From: Eledone cirrhosa
Lineage: Eukaryota
Length of the DNA: 64,000 bases
Assembly (NCBI GenBank): GCA_964016885.1
Contig: OZ024740.1
Span: forward strand, 398,350,001 to 398,414,000
Direction: 5' to 3'
This document shows positions 14,045 through 27,100 of the stretch, piece by piece. Numbering within the stretch: position 1 is the first letter of the stretch; each line of letters starts with the position of its first letter. Made by a program: the position numbers and the translations under genes. The notes under the pieces were generated by a model, which was not told the DNA's origin, did no database searches, and saw nothing but the letters and a program-made list of their open reading frames with translations.

Positions 14045-14162
14045 AGGAAGTACCCCCCTTGACAAGTTCGGCTATTTATTCACCAGGCTAAAAATTATAA
14101 TTTAGTCCAGAAATAGCCGTCGAAACGGCTTGAGCTCTGCCGTCGGGGTCATACTTTTTCCT
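14045..14162 (+). ncRNA. Type I hammerhead ribozyme, U3-A8 core variant, long stem II, predicted GUC cleavage after 14144
   Basis: Stem I CCCC/GGGG (extendable AGGAA-GTA/TAC-TT-TTCCT); core TTGACAA 14059-14065; stem II G-C then CGGCTATTT/AAATAGCCG; GAAA 14122-14125; stem III CGGC/GCCG; GUC. Confidence 0.78.
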
Positions 14163-14401
14163 ATATATATATATATATATACGGGGTAACAAATAATAGT
14201 TAAATGCAGTCCACTTAGGTATAGTCCAGTTATGGTATTCCAGATAGTGGATGATATCAACGCTTGGCTTGGTTTGACTCAACAAGGCGTTTTCATAGTG
14301 ATGCTGCGGGTATGCTGTAATTCCTATGTTGTAAACACTTGGAGTAATAATAAATCAGGAAATTAGGTTGACATGGTTTGCTATACAAAAAAGGTTTTTA
14401 A

Positions 14402-14522
14402 TCTCATAGCTGACAATTGTTTCTCTGAACTGGTAGGTCTAGAGATCGCTATTCGCTTATTTTCACGTTACTCGATCGCCAATACAAAATTATAACCAGT
14501 CAGTTCTTCGGAGCATGCGAGA
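14402..14522 (-). ncRNA. Type I hammerhead ribozyme, CCGAAGA core (minus-strand copy)
   Basis: Reverse complement of the fold at 15970-16090. Confidence 0.68.
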
Positions 14523-14895
14523 ATGAAGAGAATACACATGCAAGAAAAGAATATACAGGCTACTATATGAAGTAGTAATGGCATTCAGTTAGAACAATAA
14601 CAACAATTACAACAATGCTATTAATAAATTATTTGAGGAGACCCTGACATTACTTAGGTGGGGGGTATAGTGTATCTAAGATTTCGGCGTGTAAAACTAG
14701 CTGTCATGAGGCAAAAGTAAAAGTTTGGCATGTACAGAGTATCGAAGTGTGTATCAATTTTAAATTATAAAGATAAGCCAGTGTTTACAGTCTTTCTTTT
14801 CATCTTCAATAACATACATGAGTGGGACAACACTGTCAAAGCTAAATAGTTGTTGAGTTAATACAGAGGTTAAGGAGGTAATATACGCATATATT

Positions 14896-15014
<119 letters not shown>

Positions 15015-15327
15015 GCATGTGTACATAGACACATACATACACATCAATATACACTCGTACAAAAATATACATACATGCAAAGAGATAAGCGTGCTAATTG
15101 TAATTATGGCAAAAGGAAGGTAAAGTTACATTGTAGTAGTGATTTGAGAAAAACTAGGATTTAGGATCAAATGATGGCAGCAGCTGAGAAGGAATAAGTT
15201 TGTGGGTTGATGAGGTACTTACAGACATTTGTGTGGTATAGACTTGTGAAGGCTAGAGTATACTTAATGAATATATTTCTGTGGGTAGTAGGTATCCTAA
15301 TTTAAAGCTATGTTGTGTTGGTTCGAT

Positions 15328-15564
15328 TCACGGAGGTTTGAATCTTATGAATTTAGTGGCAATTCTATGTCTGCAGAAGATAGATCTTTCTAACTTATTG
15401 TTAAGTAGCCTTTTTACATTTTTGAGGATATACAATAGCTCAAGATCACATAGCCCGCAGTGGGACATACCTGTACTATAGGTTTTAGCAGCCGACAACT
15501 TCGACCAGTTAATACTGTAGTTAGTGCTGCTGTCCTTCAGTACCCATATTTTTTTGGCGAGGGT

Positions 15565-15570
<6 letters not shown>
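15328..15570 (-). pseudogene. C-terminal fragment of a PLE GIY-YIG endonuclease region (80 aa, not in the ORF track)
   Basis: Manual translation HTTLAKKIWVLKDSSTNYSINWSKLSAAKTYSTGMSHCGLCDLELLYILKNVKRLLNNKLERSIFCRHRIATKFIRFKPP* fits the T.L..IW.LK...W...CxLC..E..I...LN...E...CRH tail of PLE proteins. Confidence 0.85.
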
Positions 15571-15596
<26 letters not shown>

Positions 15597-15969
15597 AATA
15601 TATGCGTATATTACCTCCTTAACCTCTGTATTAACTCAACAACTATTTAGCTTTGACAGTGTTGTCCCACTCATGTATGTTATTGAAGATGGAAAGAAAG
15701 ACTGTAAACACTGGCTTATCTTTATAATTTAAAATTGATACACACTTCGATACTCTGTACATGCCAAACTTTTACTTTTGCCTCATGACAGCTAGTTTTA
15801 CACGCCGAAATCTTAGATACACTATACCCCCCACCTAAGTAATGTCAGGGTCTCCTCAAATAATTTATTAATAGCATTGTTGTAATTGTTGTTATTGTTC
15901 TAACTGAATGCCATTACTACTTCATATAGTAGCCTGTATATTCTTTTCTTGCCTGTGTATTCTCTTCAT

Positions 15970-16090
15970 TCTCGCATGCTCCGAAGAACTGACTGGTTAT
16001 AATTTTGTATTGGCCATCGAGTAACGTGAAAATAAGCGAATAGCGATCTCTAGACCTACCAGTTCAGAGAAACAATTGTCAGCTATGAGA
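15970..16090 (+). ncRNA. Type I hammerhead ribozyme, U4C core (CCGAAGA), ~60-nt loop on stem II, palindromic stem III, predicted GUC cleavage after 16080
   Basis: Stem I CATGCT/AGC-T-ATG; core 15981-15987; stem II CTGACTGGT/ACCAG-T-TCAG; GAAA 16069-16072; ACAATTGT-C. Confidence 0.7.
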
Positions 16091-16164
16091 TTAAAAACCT
16101 TTTTTGTATAGCAAACCATGTCAACCTTCGTTCCTGATTTATATATATATATATATATATATAT

Positions 16165-16403
16165 AGTAATAATAATAAAATTGAAGACTAAAATCCAAAG
16201 AGGGCTCGATAAGGAAAATATATATCAAATATATAAGAACCGTAGAGCAAATATTTATTAAAATAACAGATTAAAGTTTAAGCAAAGAATCGCTGCTTTC
16301 ACCCTTAACGGGATCTTCTGAAAGCTTAGTTTCAGAAGATCCCGTTAAGGGTGAAAGCAGCGATTCTTTGCTTAAACTTTAATCTGTTATTTTAATAAAT
16401 ATA
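16165..16403 (-). mobile_element. Short fold-back PLE-like 3' fragment (family P3) between (TA)n tracts
   Basis: 16251-16323 is the exact reverse complement of 16330-16402. Related pieces at 17466-17640 and 47782-47830. Confidence 0.75.
16328..16378 (+). ncRNA. Type I hammerhead-like fold, U4A core (CAGAAGA), CUU triplet
   Basis: AGTTT-CAGAAGA-T-CCC-GTTAA-GGG-T-GAAA-GCA-GCGATTCTT-TGC-TT-AAACT; all three stems pair. Confidence 0.62.
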
Positions 16404-16425
16404 TATACATATATATATATATATA

Positions 16426-16845
16426 TAGTGAAAGAGTGGAGAATAACATGGTCGGCTGTACAAAAAAAGGGTTTTATTTACAGTATTTACAATTGTTTCA
16501 TTCATCAGGTGAGTCTAAAGGCCGCTGATCAGTATTCCGATGATTTGATCAGAGACACACTGTATTTAAGGTCGAGTGACGTAATTTCGAGTGATCAGCG
16601 GCCTTTAGACTCACCTGATCAATGAAATAATTGCTAATACTGTAAATAAAACCCTTTTAGCACACAGCCGACCATGTTATTCTTCACTCTTTCACTATTA
16701 TTACTCCAAGAATAACCTACATGGGAATTCTCGTAAACTCGCTACCTAACTAAGGAAACTTCTTGTTGAGTCAAAAACTATTCATAGAACAGAGTACTCA
16801 CAACTCTAACTGGATTACCTAAAACGATAACTTATCCCATATATA
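16426..16845 (+). mobile_element. Fold-back PLE-like 3' fragment (family P4) between TA tracts
   Basis: 16426-16531 is the reverse complement of 16592-16698. The tail shares TTATTACTCCAAG, TTGTTGAGTCAAA and TAACTGGA with the P2 tail (14180-14350, minus strand). Confidence 0.75.
16530..16642 (+). ncRNA. Type I hammerhead fold, U4C core (CCGATGA), ~60-nt stem II insert; stem III decayed in this copy
   Basis: Stem I CAGTATT/AATACTG (7 bp, perfect); core 16537-16543; stem II TTGATCAG/CTGATCAA; GAAA 16624-16627. The inverted arm preserves GAAACAATTGTA. Confidence 0.68.
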
Positions 16846-16874
16846 CATATATATATGGATGTAAACACCCCCAC

Positions 16875-17790
<916 letters not shown>

Positions 17791-18077
17791 ATGTATATAT
17801 ATAAAATAAAAATGGCGTAGACATTACAATGCAATAGGAGGGAACATAATAGTACCACTGATGATGTTGCAGATGTGCAACGAAAGCACTTTGATAGACT
17901 ATATATATTTATATCTGTATTTTTAACCACTGGTCAATCAATGATAAACATTGATTGCCAAATAAATTAACTATGGAGATATAAAAGATACAGAAGCAAA
18001 AACCAACCAAACAGTGAGTGTGTTCTGTTATCATTTCTGGCTATATTACAACAATATGACCCTCCCCAAGAGTAACA

Positions 18078-18235
<158 letters not shown>

Positions 18236-18339
18236 GAAAAAGAGGGAGGGAGAGTAATTCCATTTAAAGAAAGGTTATAGTTACAAAATAAAATTGAAAA
18301 AACACATAAATATATTTTTTTCATATATATATATATATT

Positions 18340-18760
18340 TAATATAAGAAAGCTTCTACAGGACTAGAACTGTTTCATTCGTGAGAAATCATGAGGAAGC
18401 TGACTGTCCAAGTAATATGATGGTATTTATATCTTTTCTGGTGGTAGGAGAGGGTGGTGATTGGGATGGGTGGAGGTCATTGGTTGATGGGTTTAAAGAA
18501 AAGGGAATTCTTTAAAAGCTCCCTTTTCTTTAAACCCATCAACCAATGACCTCCACCCATCCCAATCACCACCCTCTCCTACCACCAGAAAAGATATAAA
18601 TACCATCATATTACTTGGACAGTCAGCTTCCTCATGATTTCTCACGAATGAAACAGTTCTAGTCCTGTAGAAGCTTTTCTATATTAAATATTTATACTCT
18701 GCTTTGTATTGAGTACCTTACTTACTGTGGTTACCCCCGATTGAACCCGGGATAAACTTA
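18340..18760 (+). mobile_element. Fold-back PLE-like 3' fragment (family P5), ~165-bp near-perfect arms
   Basis: 18340-18505 is the reverse complement of 18521-18687. The tail is shared with 23230-23300. Hammerhead with G5C core (CTCATGA) in both arms. Confidence 0.8.
18625..18675 (+). ncRNA. Type I hammerhead fold with a probably inactivating G5C change (mirror copy at 18351-18401, minus)
   Basis: AGCTTC-CTCATGA-T-TTC-TCAC-GAA-T-GAAA-CAG-TTCTAGTC-CTG-TA-GAAGCT. Confidence 0.7.
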
Positions 18761-18778
18761 TATATATATATGGCGGGA

Positions 18779-18820
<42 letters not shown>

Positions 18821-19014
18821 ATATTATTTTATCTTTTCAACAGATGATATACTTAGCACGTTGTTTTAAAGAGGAAGGGTACTCTGCAATTTTCCGTTTT
18901 CTCGTTCGTTAATGATGGGAGCATAGAAATTATCATATATGTCTTTTAAAAACGCAATATAAAAAGCATTTTTACAAATCCACACGAGGCAAATTTGATT
19001 GACAAGTAGATGTT

Positions 19015-19563
<549 letters not shown>

Positions 19564-19879
19564 TAGTATCTGCCTTACATCATTATTGTTAACAATGAAA
19601 AAACATCTGTGGTAGTCAAGAATAACAACAAAATAGTAATAAATATAAGTGAGTGAAAAAAGCCAATTGTTATACCAGGTGTTATTCTGATCATTATTAG
19701 AGACATATTGGCTGTCATTTGAGCTCGACAGCGAGAAAACTTGTCTAATCTCTTATACATACAGACACAGCCAGTGAGTCAATCTTTCAGACCGTCAAAT
19801 GCATAATCCATGTTGCTCTCTTGATTTCGCCTAGCTCTCTCTCTATTTATCATTTGTTTTCTTGATCTCTTTCTGTCCT

Positions 19880-20024
19880 TAACTCTCTCCCTCTCCATCT
19901 ATCTCTATCTCTCTCCGTTTCCCTCTCTCTCTCTCTTTCCAACTCCCTCCCTCTCTGTCCGTCTCTCTCTCCCCTCTCTCTCTTTCTTTCCAATTCCTCT
20001 CTCTCTCTCTGGCTCTCTCTTTCC

Positions 20025-20112
<88 letters not shown>

Positions 20113-20192
20113 ATGGGATTCACAGTTACTTCTTTTTCTTGTTTTCATATTACTGCCCATTTTTCTTTATCTTCATTCCGCCCTCCCCCGCC

Positions 20193-20251
<59 letters not shown>

Positions 20252-20325
20252 ATACACACACACACCTCATTCTCTCACACACACACTCTCTCTCTCTCCC
20301 CTCTCTCTGTCGGTCTCTTTCTCTT
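19880..20325. repeat. (CT)n-rich microsatellite block
   Basis: Direct. Confidence 0.95.
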
Positions 20326-21764
20326 TATACTTGCCCCTAAAGTGAAAATTACCATTTCTATGCATTTAGCATAAAGTGGAACGTCCCTTGGGATTATATA
20401 CTCGCCTGTCAAAAAAATCTTATTGTTGTTACGGCGTCAAATCAGCCAAATATATTCTTTTAAACATCACACCAGACAATAAATCAAATACTAACTGTTC
20501 CATAGTCTCCATATTTCACTAAACGTGTCGTCTGCTTTCTTGAATTTGTATTTGAATTTTTCTTAATCAGTCTCATCATCATTATAGTTTTGATAGCTTA
20601 AATGGCTGATGTAAAACTGAAAGGTTACGTAAAGATTTGTTTTGTTTAATTTAAACCCAGAAATGTATAAATAATTTAAAGTTTAAATATAACGCCGTCT
20701 ACGTTAAAATTTGATTTTCATCTTTTGATAGATAAAATAAATCGGATGATGGATTAAGTTTTCTCACAGTCTTGGATACCAAATTTTATTGGTGGTTAAT
20801 TTGAAGTTATGGTTGTAGGTACACTGTCAATGTCTCGAGTGTTGGAGCCTGATTCGAAACTATTTAGTTATAAAGCAAACTTGTTAAATACACAGCCATG
20901 ATTGGTGTGCCACAAGGAAATAATATCTAACGTTCTACTAGCTATATCTTCTCTTCTCTAGACACATGTATATGACACTGTTTGGTAACATTTGATACTA
21001 TGGGGAATCGTATCTGCCTGAGATGATCACGTTAATGTTTTTCGGTGAAATAATGCACGTTAGTAAACAATAATTGGGATCTCATTACCAGTTTTTAATC
21101 ACAGCAATGCGCTGAAGAATTAAGAACTGCTGTTGATTTCTCATTCAAATTCAATTCACTTCTTTTCTTATGTCGCTAATACTTTTCAGAAAAACATGAA
21201 TATCACGTAATTTATAACTTCCACATATAAATGACGAAAACCTATTCTGTGTATTCTCGTCACCTATAAATTCGCACCAAGTGGAACGACATCTGGGATT
21301 ATATACTTGTTTATCTGAAAGAAATCTATTATTGCTGCTACAGCACCAAATCTACAAAAAGGAAAAGATTAAGAAAAAGAAAATAAATGAAAGAGAATAA
21401 GAAAAGGTAAAAGAGATCCTCCTACAATACTTATTTGCAGTCAATTCAAGCACCTCACAGTTCTATATTCATTGCAAGTACATATATGGCGAGCCTGTTA
21501 CAGAAAAAGTGACCAGTGATTTGTTAGTTTACAGTATTGAAAACAAATTCTACATTTGTTTATAGATTTCTGGAGAACCACATGTTTCATCCAGTTAACT
21601 TATACACGATGCATTGCAACGAACTCGTCACGCGATGCTGAGTCTCATAACTCAGCAGGTTGAGACTCAACATCGTATGATGGGGACAGGTGTATCAAGG
21701 TGAACAGGACAAACATTGCTAATATTCTTTCTTTTTTCTTCATTAATTTCTTCTGTTATTTTAA

Positions 21765-22815
21765 ACATTGATCAGATTCGAGTCTTTCAGGCCTGCTAGC
21801 CTCACATACATGGACCAGTTGGAGCACATATCACTCACCACATGCCGCTCTTGCTCCTTCTCCAAGTACGTGGATGACATCTTTATGCTCACTTCATCGT
21901 GTGAAGAAGCTGTCAAGATCTGCAACATCTTTGAGAACATTGACACACATAAAATTTGAGGTTGAACATCCATACACCACTGGATCCCTCTCTCTACTTC
22001 ACTTTACACTAAGAATCAGAGGAGGAACTCATATACACCAAATTTTACAGGAAGGATGCCTGCAGAGACATTTTTGTAGACCATAACTCCACCTTCCCCT
22101 ACTGAGCCAAAATGACATATATACAGCATCTGATCTCCCGGATACGTAACAGAGGTAGCGAGGGTAGCTACAGACATACCAGCACGGTGGGATTCCAAAA
22201 CGTTCTCACCGTAAACAGCCACCCTACTTCTCTCACCAAACACCGAAATGCCAAGGCAGCAAAATGTAAAAGAACCAGGAGGACACGTGCCGCTAAGGAT
22301 AACATATGCTACCTAAAGCTGCCACATTTCAATGAGAAGACGACAGCTGCTATCTGACAAGCCATCTATAGGGAGGGACTGAATATACGGCTGGCACATT
22401 CGGCACCCTCACTGAGGAGACTGCTCTACAGACACCAACCCACATACAGCGATATATGCACATTCATTGGAACTACCATAAGGATCAAGGAGTACGTGAC
22501 AATGAGAACCTCTTCCGTCAAAAAGCGTATTGATGGGTGTCGCAACCAAGACATTGAAAGAAATATGGGAAATTTAATGATTAAGGAAGCCATTTTCATC
22601 GGCCGAATAAAACGAGAGATAAATAATAGGTCAGAAAGGCACGAGGTGGAATGGTTACTATAGCAACCACGCGCATGCTCATACATTTTTCCAACACATA
22701 GAGCAGTTAGGGAAGAAAACTCTGATAACTATAATCGTCCATCTGTTTTGTCTTGGATTGTTTCAACTTCGCATCTGAAAAGAGGGTATATCCCTGAAAT
22801 ATCATGCTAAAATAC
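21765..22815 (+). mobile_element. Decayed Penelope-like element (RT C-terminal half to GIY-YIG, internally deleted)
   Basis: Frames give KYVDDIFML (RT catalytic motif), KFEVEHP..GSLSLL, YLKLPHF, IGTTIR and LMIKEAIFI..IN; frameshifts and stops present. Confidence 0.8.
22771..22807 (+). ncRNA. Degenerate minimal hammerhead at the 3' end of the PLE
   Basis: GCAT-CTGAAAAG-AGGG-TATAT-CCCT-GAAA-TA-TC-ATGC; the core deviates from CUGANGA. Confidence 0.55.
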
Positions 22816-22969
22816 ATTGGGTAAAACATTACTTGGTTTTGTTTCATTTACCATCATTTGCCCTACGTATTTTTTACCACATTGTACCTGCTTTTAAAAA
22901 TATTATCAGTCATTTACTGCATATGTACATACACGCATACATACACACATATATACACGCACACACATG

Positions 22970-23020
<51 letters not shown>

Positions 23021-23035
23021 AATACACACACACGC

Positions 23036-23106
<71 letters not shown>

Positions 23107-23115
<9 letters not shown>

Positions 23116-23297
23116 AATGGCTTCTACAGGACTAGAACTGTTTCATTCAGGAGAAATCATCAGGAAGCTTCCTGGTGATTTCTCCCGAATGAAACAGTTC
23201 TAGTCATCTAGAAGCCATTTCTATATTAAATATTTATACTCTGCTATGTATTGAGTACCTTACTTACTGTGGTTACTCCCGATTGAACCCGGGATAA

Positions 23298-23300
<3 letters not shown>
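23107..23300 (+). mobile_element. Second P5 fold-back insertion; palindrome centred on AAGCTT (23165-23170) with no spacer
   Basis: 23107-23167 is the reverse complement of 23168-23228 with a few mismatches; flanked by (TA)n and (CA)n(TA)n. Confidence 0.82.
23120..23168 (-). ncRNA. Type I hammerhead ribozyme with canonical CUGAUGA/GAAA core and GUA triplet
   Basis: Reverse complement: GCTTC-CTGATGA-T-TTC-TCCT-GAA-T-GAAA-CAG-TTCTAGTC-CTG-TA-GAAGC. Confidence 0.85.
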
Positions 23301-23389
<89 letters not shown>

Positions 23390-23517
23390 AATATGGGGAG
23401 AAGAATACTGCAGGTTTCACATGGATAACATGTTATAAAATGAGTCCCTCATCAGTGATTTGCCAACGATCATAGATTTCATTGCATTAAAAATCATATA
23501 CCTCACGTTGGTGCAAT

Positions 23518-23589
<72 letters not shown>

Positions 23590-23591
23590 GC

Positions 23592-23625
<34 letters not shown>

Positions 23626-23740
23626 GATTGCAAGCCATATATATATATACTCGTTATTCAGGCTAAGTGATGTGTCTTGTTTCTCTGGAGTTTTCCCTAT
23701 GTACTAACTGGATTATCAGACAAGTCTTGTCGTCATCGTA

Positions 23741-23777
<37 letters not shown>

Positions 23778-24181
23778 GTATTATGCTTATAACACACACT
23801 TAACAACTGATCCTGCTGGTTTATGTCACGCAACTGTCATCAACCGTATATAAATATATATAGAGAGAGAGAGGGGCAGATAGTTAGATATAGACATACA
23901 TAGATTCATACATATAGGCAGACAGACAGACAAATAGATAGATATGTTTCTTTATTAGCCACAGGAGCACAAAAGAAGGGGACAGATACAAAGAGGGAAG
24001 TTTACATACAATAAAAACGTGTAAAATATTATCACAAATGCAATTTAAAAATTAGTCGATTTCCCCAATAGGGGGAGACAGTTCATATGGGTAACACATA
24101 CCCCCGAAAAAATGTGCAACCCTCATCTCCAGGAGTACGAAGAGTTTGTACTCCTTTCCTCTCCTCCTCCTTTTCCTCAAC

Positions 24182-27100
24182 CTACAGACTGATATAGAGA
24201 GAAGGCCCATTCACTCGGGCCATTCTCGCCACTTTCACCCACCTTTCATAAAACTTACTGGGGTACAGCACCTCTCTCTCCATCCTGATTCTTCTTCCAA
24301 AGTGGTATTTGAAAAAAAGAATCAGTTGTTGGCCGCAGAGAAAGGTGTCTGACCTCAGCCCTTTCAACCTTGTCCACCATACAACATCTTTCGCCATAGC
24401 TATCACACAAAGGAAAACCGCCTCTCCTTCGTTTTTGAAGGAGGGTGGCGGTTTGATCATGACAATGGACTCGGTGGTCAACCGGATTGGTCCCACCCGC
24501 GACAATAGTCGTTCTACATAGCCCCACAGGTCGGTGACGCCCGGGCAGTGTATGAATGCGTGCGCGACGGTTTCTTCGTCTCGCACGCACCTCGGACAGA
24601 TCTCTTTTGCAGCGTCCCTGCCCGGACGCCCATGTCTGTAGAGCTTGTCTCGAACTGGTAGAGCTCCTTGGTAGCACTGCCAGGCCAGGGACTTTTGGAA
24701 GTTGTCCATCGGTCCCGGGCGGAAGGTCCTACCGAACAGACTGGCCAGTTAATCTTCCTCTACGCCTAGAGTTTCACCGAGCGCGTCGTCGCACTTGCTG
24801 CGGATAAATCCTCTATAGAATGACGAAGTGGAGTCTCCACTGATCGCCGGGCCGCCTGCCAGACGGCTGTGAGCGCCTGAGCACATTCTATGTGCCAGTC
24901 GCCCATTTTCCTCGGACTGTAGCTTGGTCAGTGAGACGAGTCGTGGGAAGGCTCGCCTCACGGGGTCCACACCGGTTGTCCGGTGAGGAACACGTAGAGA
25001 TGCCGCAGCCTGAGCGCGTGTTTGCGCATCGTCAGCCACGGCATCCCCAGCCCTCCGTTGGAAGGATGTTGGCAGCAGATGGATCTTCTCACCAAAGGAG
25101 CCCACCTTTTCCAAAGGAATTGGAAGAGCGCGCGCTCCATTTTGGTGAGCGTTTTGGCTGGGCAAGGCACGACGGTCAAGCGGTAGTAGATGGCGGACGC
25201 TATAAGAGTGTTTGCACTCGGCCCACTTCTGGGTGAGTGCAAACACCTTGGCCGTCACCTCGTTCCAGTTCTTCTCCACCTGGAGGTCCGGACCAAACCA
25301 GACCCCCAGCAGCTTTATCGGTCCTTCCGTCCAGCGTCCGACGACGCCATCGGAAGGCATCGCTTTTCCTCTGCACGATCCGAGTTGCAAACCGATGGAC
25401 TTGTCCCGGTTCAGCTTCGCTCCTGTGAGACATTCGTATTCCTTCAGTAAGGTGCCGACTTCCTCGATTTGCAAGGCGCTCGACACCATTACTGTCACGT
25501 CGTCGGCGTAGGCCGACGCCGCTTTCCGCAGTCCCGATTCCAGAGGGATGCCCTGCAATAGCTCCAGCTTCCGCAGTAGTGGCTCGAGAGTCAGTACGTA
25601 CAGAAAGGAGGAGAGAGGGCATCCCTGTCGATGGATCGCCTGATATGGAACGGCTCCGAGAGGTAGCCGTTCACCTTGACCCTTGAGCAGATGTTGCTGT
25701 TGTGCATTGCAGCAATCCAGCCCCTGAACACGGGTCCGAAGCCTGCCGCTTCGAGCACCGCATCCAGGTAACGATGGTCAACCCTATCGAAAGTCTTAGA
25801 ATGATCCAAGTTGATCAGGGCCCCACCGAAGCCGGGTTTACACCCTACCCTCTCTATGATGTATCGCATGAGGTGGAGGTTGTCGTGTATGGACCTGGTC
25901 GGGATTGCGCATGTCTGCGCTTCTCCCACCAGATTCTCGACGACAAGCGCCAGCCTCTTTGCCAACACCTTGGCCAAAATCTGTAACTCTGTGTTTAGCA
26001 GAGTTATGAGCCGGAAGTTGCCTATGTCATCCCCCTTATTCTCGTCCTTCCTGACTAGTGTGACTACGCCCCCGGTCACAGAACTGGGAATTCTCCCGTT
26101 CTGTTGCCAGTTGCAGTAGACCGCTTCCAGGATACCGGAGCATAAGTCTGGCATTGTTACGTAAAATTCGTAGGGTAGACTGTCGAGACCTGGAGATTTG
26201 AGTTTGCCGCATTGGCTCAGCGCCTCCACTATCTCAGCGGCTGAAATCGGCTTTTCTCAGAACTTTGTCTCGCTGTCCGAGAGTCGCGGTAGGCCGTCGA
26301 GGTATGGACCGAAATCCATAGCCCCTCCCGGCGCGCCGCCCTGCCCGAACAGTTGAGCAAAGTGCCGCTGAAAGGCCGCACACATCTGCTTCGGCTCACG
26401 TATCACGCGTTCGTTTTGGTCCTTCAAAGACCGAATCGTGGACTTGTTGCCACTTTTTGCCTCCGTCACTCGGGCCCAGCTAACAGCTTTGGCTCCCTCT
26501 TTCCCAGAGCACGTATTTTGCTTCTGACAACGCAGCCCTCGTGCTTTGCGTCGAAGAACTGGTCCAAGGCCGTTCTCGTTGCTAGCACGCTGGCTACGTT
26601 GCCACTTCTAATTGCCTCTTCTACTTTATCTACCAGTTCCTTCTCGGTTCTATTTCTATTTAACGCTAACTCTTTACTAAAAACTAAGGAGTCTAATCTA
26701 ACTCCCCTCTTGAGAGCGTACCACCATCTGTTGTTGACAATGGCCCCTGTCAAGTGCTGTTTAATTAAAGTGCTAATCCGTCTACTGTAGGCTTTGCATG
26801 TCGGTAACGACAAGTTCAGCTTCCAGTAGCCGAGTCTTTGTCTATGGGTTCTATCAAGGTTGGCCATGCAGGTCACTAGTTTGTGATCTGAATAGGCAAC
26901 CATGAACATTTGTGGACAGCTTAACATGTCCCTATCCTTATTGCTAACTAGAACTCTATCTAGGTACGATCTAGACGTTCTGCTACGATTACTCCACGTC
27001 CACAGTGGCACAGTCGGAAAATCTAGTCGATATCTATCGGCCAGGTCAAATCGGTCGATTAACTATTTGAGGCTGTTACACCCCCCCCCCCTTTATCGGG

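Larger units (their letters stand above)
12910..14163 (-). mobile_element. 5'-truncated Penelope-like element (family P1) with an inverted copy of its 3' repeat, flanked by TA tracts
   Basis: Arm 12991-13290 is the reverse complement of 13862-14163. Minus-strand 13858-13793 reads ACKHRLRRTNLALKPHNDPGG*, matching the C(R/K)H end motif of PLE ORFs. Hammerhead fold in both arms. Confidence 0.75.

Noticed and set aside
16488-16508. Minus-strand CTGATGA-AT-GAAACAATTGTA as a stand-alone minimal hammerhead
   Set aside because: No stem I pairing; better explained as the 3' strand of stem II of the larger fold at 16530-16642.
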